Shown here piece after piece: positions 29,264 through 40,047 of a stretch of 64,000 nt of DNA (the stretch's first letter is position 1; each line of letters begins with the position of its first letter). The position numbers and the translations under genes are program-made. Below the pieces are notes generated by a model that was given only the letters and a program-made list of their open reading frames with translations, did no database searches and was not told the DNA's origin. This DNA is from Smithellaceae bacterium (GTDB lineage: Bacteria; Desulfobacterota; Syntrophia; Syntrophales; Smithellaceae), in contig CAXXVL010000002.1 of assembly GCA_963667845.2 (NCBI GenBank), forward strand, positions 1 to 64,000, read 5' to 3'.

Positions 29264-30847
29264 ATGAACCCCGAACCCAAGCCCCTCGAGATCGACTTCA
29301 ATTCTGAATTCCAGCACGCGTTTACGCTTATGGAAGAGACGACTGAAAACATCCTGATCACCGGGCGCGCCGGAACGGGTAAATCAACGCTGCTGCAATA
29401 TTTTCGCAAGCACACCGGAAAGCGGGTGGTCATTCTGGCGCCGACAGGCGTGGCGGCGGTCAATGTCGAAGGTCAGACGATCCATTCCTTTTTCCATTTC
29501 AAGCCCAATGTTACGCCGGCAGCCATCAAACGAAAAAAGAAAACGGAAAAAGACAAGCCGACCGTATATAAGAAACTCTCCACAATTGTGATTGATGAAG
29601 TCTCGATGGTGCGCGCGGACCTCCTGGACTGCATCGACAAATTCCTGCGCCTCAACGGCCCCAGTGAAAAGGAACCCTTCGGCGGCGTCCAGATGATTTT
29701 CATCGGCGATCTTTATCAGCTGCCGCCGGTGGTCACATCCGCTGAACGCGAGATCTTCAGGAGCCACTACCCGACTCCCTATTTCTTCAGCGCGAAGGTT
29801 TTCGACAATCTGCCCATTGAGTACGTCGAGCTGGAAAAAGTCTACCGCCAGAAGGACGACGAATTTGTGCGGCTGCTCAACGCGATCCGCAATCGCTCGG
29901 TGACGGATGACGATCTGGCAAAATTTAATGAACGCTGCGATCCGCAGTTTGAAGCGCCTCCCGGTTCCTTCTGCCTGTCTTTGACCAGCACCAATGACCT
30001 GGCCGACACCATCAACGAAAAGCGCCTGGGGGAGCTGCCGGGGAAAATCTGGAAAGCGCAGGGCCTGATCGAAGGCGATTTCGGCAAGGAATACCTGCCG
30101 ACCGCCGTGGAACTGAAACTGAAAAGAGGCGCTCAGATCATGCTGCTCAATAATGACTCGCTCGGCCAGTGGATCAACGGCACCATCGGCACCATCCGCA
30201 AGTTTGAAAAAGACGACGAGGGCGATGACGTGATCGTGGCCGACCTGGACAACGGCGATACGGCGCGCATTTTGCCTTACACCTGGAAGATCTACCGGTT
30301 CTTTCTGAAAAAGGATGAACTCCAATCGGAGGAAGTCGGATCTTTCCGGCAGTATCCGATTCGTCTGGCCTTTGCGGTCACAATTCACAAAAGCCAGGGC
30401 AAAACGTTTGAAAATGTGGCGATTGACGTGGGCCGCGGCACGTTTGCCCACGGACAGATGTACGTGGCGCTCTCGCGCTGCACGACGCTTAACGGCATTG
30501 TTCTCAAACAGCCTCTGAGGAAGAATCACATTTTAATGGACTGGCAGGTGGTGAAATTTCTCACAGGCATTCAATACGCTCAATCCGCTAAGACATTCAG
30601 CCGCAGCGACAAAATGAAAATGATCGAAGCGGCGATTATGGAGGAGAAAAATATCGAAATCCTCTACCTCAAGGGTCAGGATGAAAAATCGCGCCGGCTG
30701 ATCCGCCCCCTGTTCATGGGCGACATGGAATATAAAGGATATCCTTATCTGGGGCTCACGGCCTTCTGCGTGGAACGCGGTGAAAAACGAATTTTCAACG
30801 TGGATAAAATTTTGGAGATTGCCGAGCCGGAGCAGGCAATGCGTTAG
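29264..30847 (+). CDS. PIF1/RecD-like SF1B helicase with C-terminal WYL-like domain
   Basis: GRAGTGKS, APTGVAA, DEVSM, GDLYQLPPV, TIHKSQG, YVALSR; tail with SRRLIRP...AFC..RGEKRIFNVDKI. Confidence 0.88.
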   Translation: MNPEPKPLEIDFNSEFQHAFTLMEETTENILITGRAGTGKSTLLQYFRKHTGKRVVILAPTGVAAVNVEGQTIHSFFHFKPNVTPAAIKRKKKTEKDKPTVYKKLSTIVIDEVSMVRADLLDCIDKFLRLNGPSEKEPFGGVQMIFIGDLYQLPPVVTSAEREIFRSHYPTPYFFSAKVFDNLPIEYVELEKVYRQKDDEFVRLLNAIRNRSVTDDDLAKFNERCDPQFEAPPGSFCLSLTSTNDLADTINEKRLGELPGKIWKAQGLIEGDFGKEYLPTAVELKLKRGAQIMLLNNDSLGQWINGTIGTIRKFEKDDEGDDVIVADLDNGDTARILPYTWKIYRFFLKKDELQSEEVGSFRQYPIRLAFAVTIHKSQGKTFENVAIDVGRGTFAHGQMYVALSRCTTLNGIVLKQPLRKNHILMDWQVVKFLTGIQYAQSAKTFSRSDKMKMIEAAIMEEKNIEILYLKGQDEKSRRLIRPLFMGDMEYKGYPYLGLTAFCVERGEKRIFNVDKILEIAEPEQAMR

Positions 30848-30889
30848 CGTAAACGCCCTCCCCGCTCTTCCCTTCACGCTTTTCGCGAC

Positions 30890-30992
30890 ATCAACCACCT
30901 CGCAGCGAGCTGTCGAGATATGAAATGAACGCGTTATTATATCGCAGCGAGTGACAAGGAATTAACCCTTGTCCCGCGTGAGCGGGATTTAA
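30890..30992 (+). repeat. ~100-bp three-hairpin dispersed element, copy C
   Basis: TCAACCACCTCGCAGCGAGCTGTCGAG...GTCCCGCGTGAGCGGGATTTAA. Confidence 0.9.
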
Positions 30993-31096
30993 GACAACCG
31001 TTATGAACCTCGGGCAATCCGGAAAGGCCTGACTGCCGAAGTGATGCCAAATGGCCTGCCGGCTAAAGGAAGTCCGTACCCTGTCGCTGCGGACGC

Positions 31097-33187
31097 CTAC
31101 CAGAGGATCCGGGCATCAACGGCCCGGCAGCCCCGGGCATCAGCCATCAGGGGGTTGATATCCAGTTCGGCGAGATCGGGGATTTTGCGAGCGAGGAAGG
31201 AGAGGCGTTCCATGGCTCCTAAGAGCGCCTCCCAATCGATGCCGGGCTCGCCGCGTGCGCCCATGAGCAGAGGGTAGCTTTTCAGGGACGAAAGCATCTT
31301 CTGTGCTTCTTCTCGACCGATGGGGACGAGCTCCCGGCTGATATCCTTAAAAACTTCCGTATAGATGCCGCCCAGGCCGCAAACAATGACCGGTCCGAAA
31401 TTAGGGTCGTGCTTGAGGCCGAGAAGCAGTTCTCTGCCCCTGGCTTGCTCCTGCAGCTGGTAGCTTTCGATGCGCACCCCGGGATCGCGCAGGCGTACCC
31501 TGTCGGTCAAGGCGGCAAATGCCTCGGAGAGGTCCTTAGAGTTATTGATGCCCGTGACCACGCCTCCCCATTCGCTTTTATGTAGAAAGGGCTTACCGGC
31601 AAGCTTCAGGACCAGCGGATAATCAAGGGCGGCGGCGCCCTTCTCGATTTCTCCCTGGGACTCGCCGGTGATCCCGCGGATAACGGGGATTCCGAAAGCG
31701 GCAAGCAGCTGAAGGGCGTCCTCGCCTGCGAGGACTTTTTCACTTCTTCCTTTCCGGATAAGGGTCTCGGCAAGGCTTCTGTTGTATTCGAATGTCTTCT
31801 GAGAAGGGATAACGCGGCGTTTGATCTGATAGTAACGGCGGCAGTAGGCAAGACCCTGCACCGCCTGCTCGACGGATGCAAAACAAGCAACGCCATCGAT
31901 CTTTTCAAACTGCTCTTCCGTCTCCGGCGTAGTCATATACAGCCACATGGCCGCCGGTTTTTCGAACCCCGCCTCCTGCCTGGCCTTGCGGACGGATTCC
32001 AGAACTTCCGTCTCCGGATGCAGGGGCGACTGGAAGTCCGGAATGATGCTGAGCACGGCATCGACATCCCTGGATTTGAGCAATTCCGTAAGTGCCGTAC
32101 GGTATATCCCCCGGTAGTTGCGGCCGATCATGCCCATCGGCCAGATGTCGATGGGATGTCCGGCGTGAACCCAGTCCGGAAGACCGTGCTCTAATTTTTC
32201 CGCGAGCCCTTCGGGAAGATTGCCGAGCGTCAGGCCAAAATCTTCACAGGCATCCGTGGCCATAATACCTGCGGCTCCTGTGGCCGTGATGATCCCGAGC
32301 CTGTTTCCCGCAAGTTCCCCGAAGCGCAAAAGCGATCGGATAGCCACCGCCATCTCGATACTGTTCTTGACGCGGATCATGCCGGCGCGGTCAAAGGCGG
32401 CGTCATTAACGGCATCTTCGCCGACCATCGACCCGGTGTGGGACAAAGCGGCTTTTGCGCCCGCCTGACTCCGCCCGGTTTTTAAAACAATGACCGGTTT
32501 GCTGAAGGTGATTCGCGAAGCGGCTTCCAAAAATTTTCTGCCGCGGTGAACGCCCTCCATGTGCAGGACGATAATTCGCGTTTCGGGATCATTTTCAAAA
32601 TATTCCAGAAGATCAACAAAATCCACATCGCAGGCGTTGCCGATATCGACGGCTTTGCCCCAGGTTTGATAGGCGAAATTCTGCGAGGCCACCTGGATGA
32701 GGCCGGTCTGGGCAATAAGAGAGACGGGTGGCACGTTCCGCGGGACACGCAGGTCAATGAAGCCGGTCGAAAAGTTATAGAAGTTATTCAAAACCCCCAT
32801 CGTATTGGGACCGAGAACCCGAACCCCGCTTTGCCTTGCCAGTTCGGATATCCGGGTTTGCAGGTCGCGGCCATGCGAATCGGCGTCGGAGAATCCCTGG
32901 CTGATAATGATAACCCGGCGGATACCCGCCCGGATGCATTCCGTAAACGCCGGAATAACATGATCGCGGCCCAGGGAAATCAGGGCAAGATCCGCCGCTT
33001 CCGGTAGACTGGAAACAGAAGGATAGGCTTTAAGACCGCAGATTTCTCCCGCTTTGGGATTGATGGGATAGAGTCGTCCGGGGAATCCGTAGCGGAGCAT
33101 TGTCTCGATTCCGTTATACGTTCCCGGCCCCGACTTCCTCGGCGCTCCGATCATCACGACGGATTCGGGATGGAAAAATTTCAGCAT
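31097..33187 (-). CDS. ADP-forming acetate/acyl-CoA ligase (fused alpha-beta)
   Basis: YPINPK, LGPNTMG, LKTGRS..G..AALSHTGS, HKSEWGGV, ELDINPL. Confidence 0.9.
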   Translation of the reverse strand: MLKFFHPESVVMIGAPRKSGPGTYNGIETMLRYGFPGRLYPINPKAGEICGLKAYPSVSSLPEAADLALISLGRDHVIPAFTECIRAGIRRVIIISQGFSDADSHGRDLQTRISELARQSGVRVLGPNTMGVLNNFYNFSTGFIDLRVPRNVPPVSLIAQTGLIQVASQNFAYQTWGKAVDIGNACDVDFVDLLEYFENDPETRIIVLHMEGVHRGRKFLEAASRITFSKPVIVLKTGRSQAGAKAALSHTGSMVGEDAVNDAAFDRAGMIRVKNSIEMAVAIRSLLRFGELAGNRLGIITATGAAGIMATDACEDFGLTLGNLPEGLAEKLEHGLPDWVHAGHPIDIWPMGMIGRNYRGIYRTALTELLKSRDVDAVLSIIPDFQSPLHPETEVLESVRKARQEAGFEKPAAMWLYMTTPETEEQFEKIDGVACFASVEQAVQGLAYCRRYYQIKRRVIPSQKTFEYNRSLAETLIRKGRSEKVLAGEDALQLLAAFGIPVIRGITGESQGEIEKGAAALDYPLVLKLAGKPFLHKSEWGGVVTGINNSKDLSEAFAALTDRVRLRDPGVRIESYQLQEQARGRELLLGLKHDPNFGPVIVCGLGGIYTEVFKDISRELVPIGREEAQKMLSSLKSYPLLMGARGEPGIDWEALLGAMERLSFLARKIPDLAELDINPLMADARGCRAVDARILW

Positions 33188-33499
33188 ACGTAGAGAGGCA
33201 TCCTTTATCTATATTGTTCAAGTCTTCGCGGACACTACAGGTTACAGCCGCCATCTGTCAACAGAAATGGGATACCGGCTGGCCGGGCTGGATTACATTG
33301 GCCTCCGGCATCAATACCGCCGCCCCGGCGCAGCAGAATTCGACCACGGCAAATCCCTTTGATCACGGCAAGATCGCTAATTCCTGCCATACGGCAGGCC
33401 TTGTGAAGCTGACATCATTATTATTTCATTGACAGACCCCGCCGTTTTGAATAACCCTTCTGTAGAAACAATTAATCAATAAACATGGAGGAAGCTACG

Positions 33500-34282
33500 A
33501 TGATGAAGGAATTATTTTCTCTCAAGGGGCGCACGGCACTCATAACGGGTGGTTCGCGCGGGATCGGTCGGATGATAGCAACGGGATTTCTCGAACAAGG
33601 AGCGCGCGTTTACATATCATCGCGCAAGCCGGAGGCCTGCGATAAAACAGCCAAAGAACTCTGTGCCCTGGGCGAATGCATTGCCCTGCCGGCCGATGTT
33701 TCAACTGTTCTCGGCGCAAAGGCGCTTGCCGGCCAGTTTGCCGCGCGTGAAGAAAAGCTCGATATCCTTGTCAACAATGCGGGAGCCGCCTGGGGGGAGC
33801 CTTTCGATGATCATTCCGAAAAAGGTTGGGATAAAGTCGTCGACCTCAATTTGAAGGCGCCGTTCTTTCTGAGCCAGGCCCTGGCCCCGCAATTGCGCAA
33901 AGCGGCCGCAGACCGGCCGGCAAAAATCATCAATGTCTCCTCGATCGATGGCGTCATTGTCAATCCCATGGAGACTTATTCTTACGCTGCCAGCAAAGCG
34001 GGCCTGATCCATTTGACCCGCCGGATGGCTCTGCGCCTGATCAAAGACAATATCGTCGTCAGCGGCATCGCACCGGGAGCCTTTGCCTCGGAGATGAACA
34101 AGCTCGCCCGCGACCATTCCGACATGGTTGCCGCAGGCATTCCGGCAAAACGCATCGGGCGCGATGAAGACATGGCCGGGGCGGCGGTTTATCTGGCATC
34201 CCGGGCCGGAGACTACGTCGTCGGCATTACCATTGTCGTCGATGGCGGCGTCACGCTCAAAGCAGTCACTCTTGAATCCTGA
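33500..34282 (+). CDS. Short-chain dehydrogenase/reductase
   Basis: TGGSRGIG, NNAG, YAASK. Confidence 0.92.
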   Translation: MMKELFSLKGRTALITGGSRGIGRMIATGFLEQGARVYISSRKPEACDKTAKELCALGECIALPADVSTVLGAKALAGQFAAREEKLDILVNNAGAAWGEPFDDHSEKGWDKVVDLNLKAPFFLSQALAPQLRKAAADRPAKIINVSSIDGVIVNPMETYSYAASKAGLIHLTRRMALRLIKDNIVVSGIAPGAFASEMNKLARDHSDMVAAGIPAKRIGRDEDMAGAAVYLASRAGDYVVGITIVVDGGVTLKAVTLES

Positions 34283-34783
34283 GCGAAGGGAACAAAGGAC
34301 AAACCCCGGCATTTGCAAAACAGAAAGATCGATTTCTCCGATCGTCCGGTTTTTTGCGGTGAGCGGTTTTTTTCGGTCTCGAGAGAATTTGCGCATCTTG
34401 GACATGGAGTCTCAAGGATATCCCTGCCCGGCGCCCGGAGCTTTTTTGTCCGGAGCGCCGGGCAATGCGGATTATGACAGGAAAACAAATTCCGGCAGTT
34501 GCCGGATCTGAATAACAAATTGGCTATCACCTTCCCAAATTCTTCGTTTAATTTTTTCCCGGAGAACACTTTGCTGCGTAATCCTTTGATGCACTGGATC
34601 AGCAATTTCCGCATCTGGAATGACTGATTTTTTCAATCGAAAAATTGATAGTATTTACCTGTCATGATTCCCTTATTTAACTACCATTGTATATCGGCTT
34701 TTTTCCCTTAAGATTCCCAAAGGCAATCGATGCCGGTTAAGGTATCGCGTGCAGCATACATTACACCATAGGAGGATACGATC

Positions 34784-35173
34784 ATGAAATGGTTAGCCGA
34801 GTATGCGGACTATGCTTACGCCCTGTTACGGATTGTTGCCGGATTTATGTTGGCATTTCACGGTTCCCAGAAAATCTTAGGCATCCTTACCGAATTCCAG
34901 CCTCCGGTCGGGTCTCAGCTCTGGATTGGCGGAATTATCGAACTCATCGGGGGATTGCTCATCGGGCTTGGATTACTGACACGTTGGGCGGCCTTTATTT
35001 GCAGCGGCATGATGGCTGTGGCTTATTTCCAGTTCCACTGGAAGTTCCAGCTGGGCTCGCAGATCTTTCCGGCGATAAACAAAGGCGAGCTGGCGGTCCT
35101 CTTCTGCTTCGTCTTTCTTTATATTGCCTGCCGGGGCGGAGTGAAATGGAGCATCGATAAGAAAGACCGGTAA
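34784..35173 (+). CDS. DoxX-family membrane protein
   Basis: LLRIVAG...HGSQK, ELIGG, MAVAYFQFH, GELA. Confidence 0.88.
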   Translation: MKWLAEYADYAYALLRIVAGFMLAFHGSQKILGILTEFQPPVGSQLWIGGIIELIGGLLIGLGLLTRWAAFICSGMMAVAYFQFHWKFQLGSQIFPAINKGELAVLFCFVFLYIACRGGVKWSIDKKDR

Positions 35174-35371
35174 CCTATCGAAGAAGCCGGAAGGTAAAAT
35201 ATCGAAGGGGTAAGTTGAAGGCGGCGTAAATCGCTTTTTTTTTTACTGCTCCGGATAGCGAGACAATTCTGTGCTGCGTTATCCGCCGATGATTTGAGCA
35301 GCGGTTCTCTCAGGATACCCGCATCCGAACTCAAGGCATAGGAAAATATTGAAATAATTAAAGAACAGCCC

Positions 35372-35400
35372 TTGACATTCGCCAGTGGAGATGTTAACTT
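35372..35400 (+). promoter_or_regulatory. Probable sigma70 promoter of the cold-shock gene
   Basis: TTGACA-17 bp (ending TGt)-TAACTT, ~140 nt upstream of the csp start. Confidence 0.45.
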
Positions 35401-35543
35401 GTTTTCAAGCATATAAGCTTGGATTAAGACATTTTGAGGTACAAAGGTTGACCACCATGTTCTTTGGAATCTTGGTGGTTTTTTCTTTCTATCATGGCGG
35501 AAATCCGACTTAAGGCAATATTTGAGAAAGGAGGATGAAAGCA

Positions 35544-35744
35544 ATGTCAGAAGGTAAAGTAAAATGGTTTAATGAAGGCAAAGGTTTCGGGTTCATCGAG
35601 ATGGATGGCGGTGGTGATCTGTTTGTTCATTTCAGCGCAATACAAGCCGGTGGCTTCAAGACGTTAACTGAAGGCCAGCGTGTCAGCTTCGATATCACCG
35701 AGGGCAAAAAAGGCCCGGCAGCCGAAAACGTGAAATCTCTATAA
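35544..35744 (+). CDS. Cold-shock protein
   Basis: [34 protein letters not shown] 9 nt upstream. Confidence 0.95.
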   Translation: MSEGKVKWFNEGKGFGFIEMDGGGDLFVHFSAIQAGGFKTLTEGQRVSFDITEGKKGPAAENVKSL

Positions 35745-35762
35745 ATTAAAACTTGGGTAACC

Positions 35763-35810
35763 AGAGGCATTCCATCGGAAGTTGATTCTGTTGGAATGCC
35801 TCTTCGTTTT
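35763..35810 (+). terminator. Hairpin/terminator after the cold-shock gene
   Basis: AGAGGCATTCCA...TGGAATGCCTCT followed by TCGTTTT. Confidence 0.55.
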
Positions 35811-35859
35811 CCACTTCATCGGTAACGTTGGAAAGAGTCATCAGCAAAGGAGTTTAAGA

Positions 35860-36051
35860 ATGGGAAGATCCATGTACAACTTTGGCAAGAATACCAAAGA
35901 AAAAGCAAGACAGCAAAAGCAGATGGAAAAGGCCTCCAAGCGCCTGGCCGCGAAACAGAATAAAGCGAATATCAAAGCGGACGCACCGGACGAAGCCGCG
36001 GATGCAATCGAAGCGAACCCTGCTTCCGACATCACCAAAGGCACGGCATAA
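35860..36051 (+). CDS. Small hypothetical protein with basic N-terminus
   Basis: AAGGAG RBS; MGRSMYNFGKNTKEKARQQKQMEK... Confidence 0.65.
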   Translation: MGRSMYNFGKNTKEKARQQKQMEKASKRLAAKQNKANIKADAPDEAADAIEANPASDITKGTA

Positions 36052-36099
36052 AACGAACTGCCTTCCCAATAGAAGGTGTTCCATATTGAGGAGTTAATT

Positions 36100-36366
36100 G
36101 TGGTCCACATTTATACATGTAAAAAAAGTAGTATGCTCATTGACGAAATTTGCGTAGATACGACTTGTGAATGGCGACTGAAAAGCGAAGGATACTTGAA
36201 CTGCACCTGGGTTGCCTGCAACTACGGGCCCTTTACGCTGGAAGAAGTAGGCAATATGATGGGTGTCACCCGTGAAAGAATCCGTCAGATCGAAGCCAAG
36301 GCGCTAAAGAAACTTCAACACAAAAAACGCAGAGATGTCCTTAAGGATTTTGCAACACTGCAGTAA
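36100..36366 (+). CDS. Stand-alone sigma70 region-4 protein with Cys-rich N-terminus
   Basis: GAGGAG RBS before [28 protein letters not shown]; five Cys in the N-terminal 40 aa. Confidence 0.82.
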   Translation: MVHIYTCKKSSMLIDEICVDTTCEWRLKSEGYLNCTWVACNYGPFTLEEVGNMMGVTRERIRQIEAKALKKLQHKKRRDVLKDFATLQ

Positions 36367-36554
36367 CCACCGGGAAAGCTTTCGTTGAAATCTTTGATGA
36401 TTCAGACTTGGCCCTAATCAAAATAATAATCTTCTGCTGATCTATATTAAGCAAGAAGAGGCCAATGTACAAAAAAGATTGACGCCGGCATTCACTCCCG
36501 CCGGCAGCCGCCGCATTCGGCGGATACCCGTTTCTTCATCCTCACGTTTCGCGC

Positions 36555-36655
36555 TTGAATCCCGCTCACGCGGGACGAGTGTTAATTCCCTGTCGCTTTC
36601 TGCGAAATAATGACGTCCATTTCATACCTCGACAGTCGGCTGAGAGGTGGTTGAC
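36555..36655 (-). repeat. ~100-bp three-hairpin dispersed element, copy D
   Basis: Reverse-complement match to copies A/C/E. Confidence 0.9.
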
Positions 36656-36674
36656 TAAATGTTCCGCGGCGTCG

Positions 36675-37724
<1,050 letters not shown>

Positions 37725-37736
37725 TCATATTTTTCA

Positions 37737-37836
37737 ATCAACCACCTCGCAGCAAGCTGTCGAGGTATAAATGAACGTCATTATTTCGCAGCAAGCTGCG
37801 GAGAGTTAACGCTCGTCCCGCGTGAACGCGACTTAA
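37737..37836 (+). repeat. ~100-bp three-hairpin dispersed element, copy E
   Basis: TCAACCACCTCGCAGCAAGCTGTCGAGGTAT...TCGCAGCAAGCTGCGGAG... Confidence 0.9.
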
Positions 37837-38310
37837 TATAGGCATCAAACCACCATGATCAACAGTAATCACGCTGAGTATGAAAATCCCCCTGGCCACC
37901 TTTACCAAAGACGACCAAGGGGATTTCCATATGAAGCGCTTACGCAAATCAATTACGGCAAGGCTATAGTCTATTCCTCTTTCGCAAGCAATGTCTTTTT
38001 AAGACCGGGAGGCGGCTGACATCGGTTCCGGTCCCAAGCTAGCTGCAATTAAACGGGATTTGGCGTGCCTTCCCGCATTATTCAATCATCCTGACCGGCT
38101 TATCAAGGTTATTCGGCACTTTCCCCTGGCAAAGATAAAAACGCCTCCGCGACCATCCTGATTTTCCTGGCCGCAATAGGGTTTTTTGAAAGACGGGCAG
38201 GCGCCGCAAAATATATTGCCGATATATGGACGCTGATAGCGACATCTACCATTCGCACTTGCCGAATAAATACAGGTGACTCGCAAGAGCGGACTGCGGT
38301 CGCGATTTTA

Positions 38311-39030
38311 CTATGACCCGGCGAGGGCTTTTGCCCCCTTCAGATATTTCAGCCTCTCTTTTTCCGGAAGTTTTTCGATCGCATAGCGCAGCATCGTCCG
38401 GGGCATCCGCTGACAATGTCTGTTGAGGAACCCCTTCTGGGCGGCCGGGTTGCGCTTGCCGATTTCGCGCAGCATCCAGCCGACGGCTTTATGGATCAGG
38501 TCTTCGGGGTCCATAAGCAGATTTTCGGCAATGATGAGTGAGTCGGCAAATTGATTCTGCTTGATGAAGTGAAACGTAGATATGATCGCGATGCGCCGCT
38601 CCCAAAGACTTGGTGAGCGAGTAAGCGAGTAAATCGGGCGTTTATCTCGATCCGCCAGATAGGGACCGACAATCAGGTATGCGGATAAATCGACGAGATC
38701 CCAGTTGTTGATGTATCGGGTGTTTTGCAGGTAAAGTTCGTAGACAGCCTTTTGATCGGCCCGATCGCCTTGCGAAAACTTCTGTACGAGCAATAAAAGT
38801 GCGCAGAGGCGTTCTTCATGATATTCGGACGCTAAGAGATGACGGACCTCTGCAAGCGGTGTATCTTTGAATTTCTTTGCCTGCTCGCGCAGCACCGGCA
38901 CCCGAATGCCGAGAAAGCGGTCCCCTTCGCCGTACTGGCCCGGGCCCGTCTTAAAATACCGCTGGGAGTGCTCGGCGATTTGTGGGTCGGCCAGGTCGCG
39001 GAGCATTTTTCTGATTTTTTGAGCGGTCAT
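38311..39030 (-). CDS. DNA alkylation repair protein (AlkD-like)
   Basis: YFKTGPGQYGEGD.FLG, NNWDLVD, LWERR, KAVGWMLRE.GK. Confidence 0.88.
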   Translation of the reverse strand: MTAQKIRKMLRDLADPQIAEHSQRYFKTGPGQYGEGDRFLGIRVPVLREQAKKFKDTPLAEVRHLLASEYHEERLCALLLLVQKFSQGDRADQKAVYELYLQNTRYINNWDLVDLSAYLIVGPYLADRDKRPIYSLTRSPSLWERRIAIISTFHFIKQNQFADSLIIAENLLMDPEDLIHKAVGWMLREIGKRNPAAQKGFLNRHCQRMPRTMLRYAIEKLPEKERLKYLKGAKALAGS

Positions 39031-39069
39031 TTTATCCGGCGGCCTTCTTTAGGTTGAACACTCTATAAA

Positions 39070-39265
39070 AAGACTCTTGAGATATCGATAGTCGATCCTG
39101 CTTGTTTCTTTTAATTCTAGGGTACCTGCGAGTATGTTCAGGTGCTTCCGTTGACGTATGCTTTGGGAGCCGAATAGAATCTCATCTCTGTCTGACGACA
39201 ATCCGGCCAATCCTTTCCGGGCGCCCTGTCGTTTGGTGATATGGCATACCGGGCATGGTGCTCAT
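39070..39265 (-). pseudogene. Degenerate HicA toxin gene (end approximate)
   Basis: ATG overlaps the hicB stop (ATGA); reads MSTMPGMPY...RIVVRQR*DSIRLPKHT, matching the HicA VRQRGSHIRL motif with a stop at Gly and loss of His. Confidence 0.6.
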
Positions 39266-39465
39266 ATGACCATTTCTATCATTTCGGAATTGGCGGCAAA
39301 TGCTTCATCATCTTCGATACGATCAAGATAAAGTTCAACCGCTTCCCTGATGTTTTTTAGAGCTTCTTCTCTGCTGCCTCCCCCGCTTACACAGCCCGGC
39401 AGAGACGGAACAACTGCCGTGTAACCTCCTTCCGGACTTTTTTCCAAAACAACCCCTATATTCAT
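39262..39465 (-). CDS. HicB-family antitoxin
   Basis: GGYTAVVPSLPGCVS.G...EEALKNIREAVELYL. Confidence 0.88.
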   Translation of the reverse strand: MNIGVVLEKSPEGGYTAVVPSLPGCVSGGGSREEALKNIREAVELYLDRIEDDEAFAANSEMIEMVI

Positions 39466-39484
39466 GGCCTTGCCTCCGCGATTA

Positions 39485-39543
39485 TTCAACCACTCGCAGC
39501 AAGCGACAGGGAATTAACGCTTGCCCCGCGTAAGCGGGATTAA
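39485..39543 (+). repeat. Short (~60-bp) internally deleted copy F of the dispersed element
   Basis: TCAACCACTCGCAGCAAGCGACAGGGAATTAACGCTTGCCCCGCGTAAGCGGGATTAA. Confidence 0.85.
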
Positions 39544-39693
39544 CAGGCTGTTGAAAAAGGCTCATCTGCGGCGTTACGTTTCGGCTCTCGCTGCTCACGT
39601 ACTTCTAAAGTACGCTCCGCTGCTCGATCCTCACGATGCCTTGCAGCTAAACCTTTTTGAACAGTCTGCAAAACAGGGTTTTTCAACACCCTG
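39544..39693. mobile_element. 150-bp MITE with terminal inverted repeats
   Basis: CAGGCTGTTGAAAAA ... TTTTTCAACACCCTG (14/15 match), TTAA on both sides, second internal right-end-like copy at 39652-39668. Confidence 0.7.
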
Positions 39694-39790
39694 TTAAAGA
39701 ACTGCTCCAATAATTATGAAAAAAATCTGCACGAGGCGTATTGTGTCAAGATCATTCATGGCAGATCCCTTATGATCGACGGGATGCTAT

Positions 39791-40018
39791 TTACTTCAAT
39801 AATATGGAAACGAGGATCGGCGCGAAATACAGAACGGACAGCGCAAGAACGGCAGCGCCGGCCCTGGCGGTGTATGTATCGATCCTGGCGATCACCTGAT
39901 CCCAGTCTGTCTTTTTAGCCCTGCGCATCTTTTCCCGGAACAATTCCTGATCGGCCGGCATGGTCCGGTTTTCGTTTATCGTTATCTGTATGGTAGAAAT
40001 ACCGCTCGCGATCTGCAT
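39791..40018 (-). CDS. Small protein with one C-terminal TM segment, downstream of lexA
   Basis: AAGGAG RBS; 75 aa ending AGAAVLALSVLYFAPILVSILLK. Confidence 0.65.
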   Translation of the reverse strand: MQIASGISTIQITINENRTMPADQELFREKMRRAKKTDWDQVIARIDTYTARAGAAVLALSVLYFAPILVSILLK

Positions 40019-40047
40019 CGTCTCTGCTCCTTGTTTCCTGATCCGCG

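Noticed and set aside
39182..39184. Selenocysteine at the hicA in-frame TGA
   Set aside because: Aligns to Gly rather than Cys, no hairpin follows, and the surrounding sequence is degenerate.
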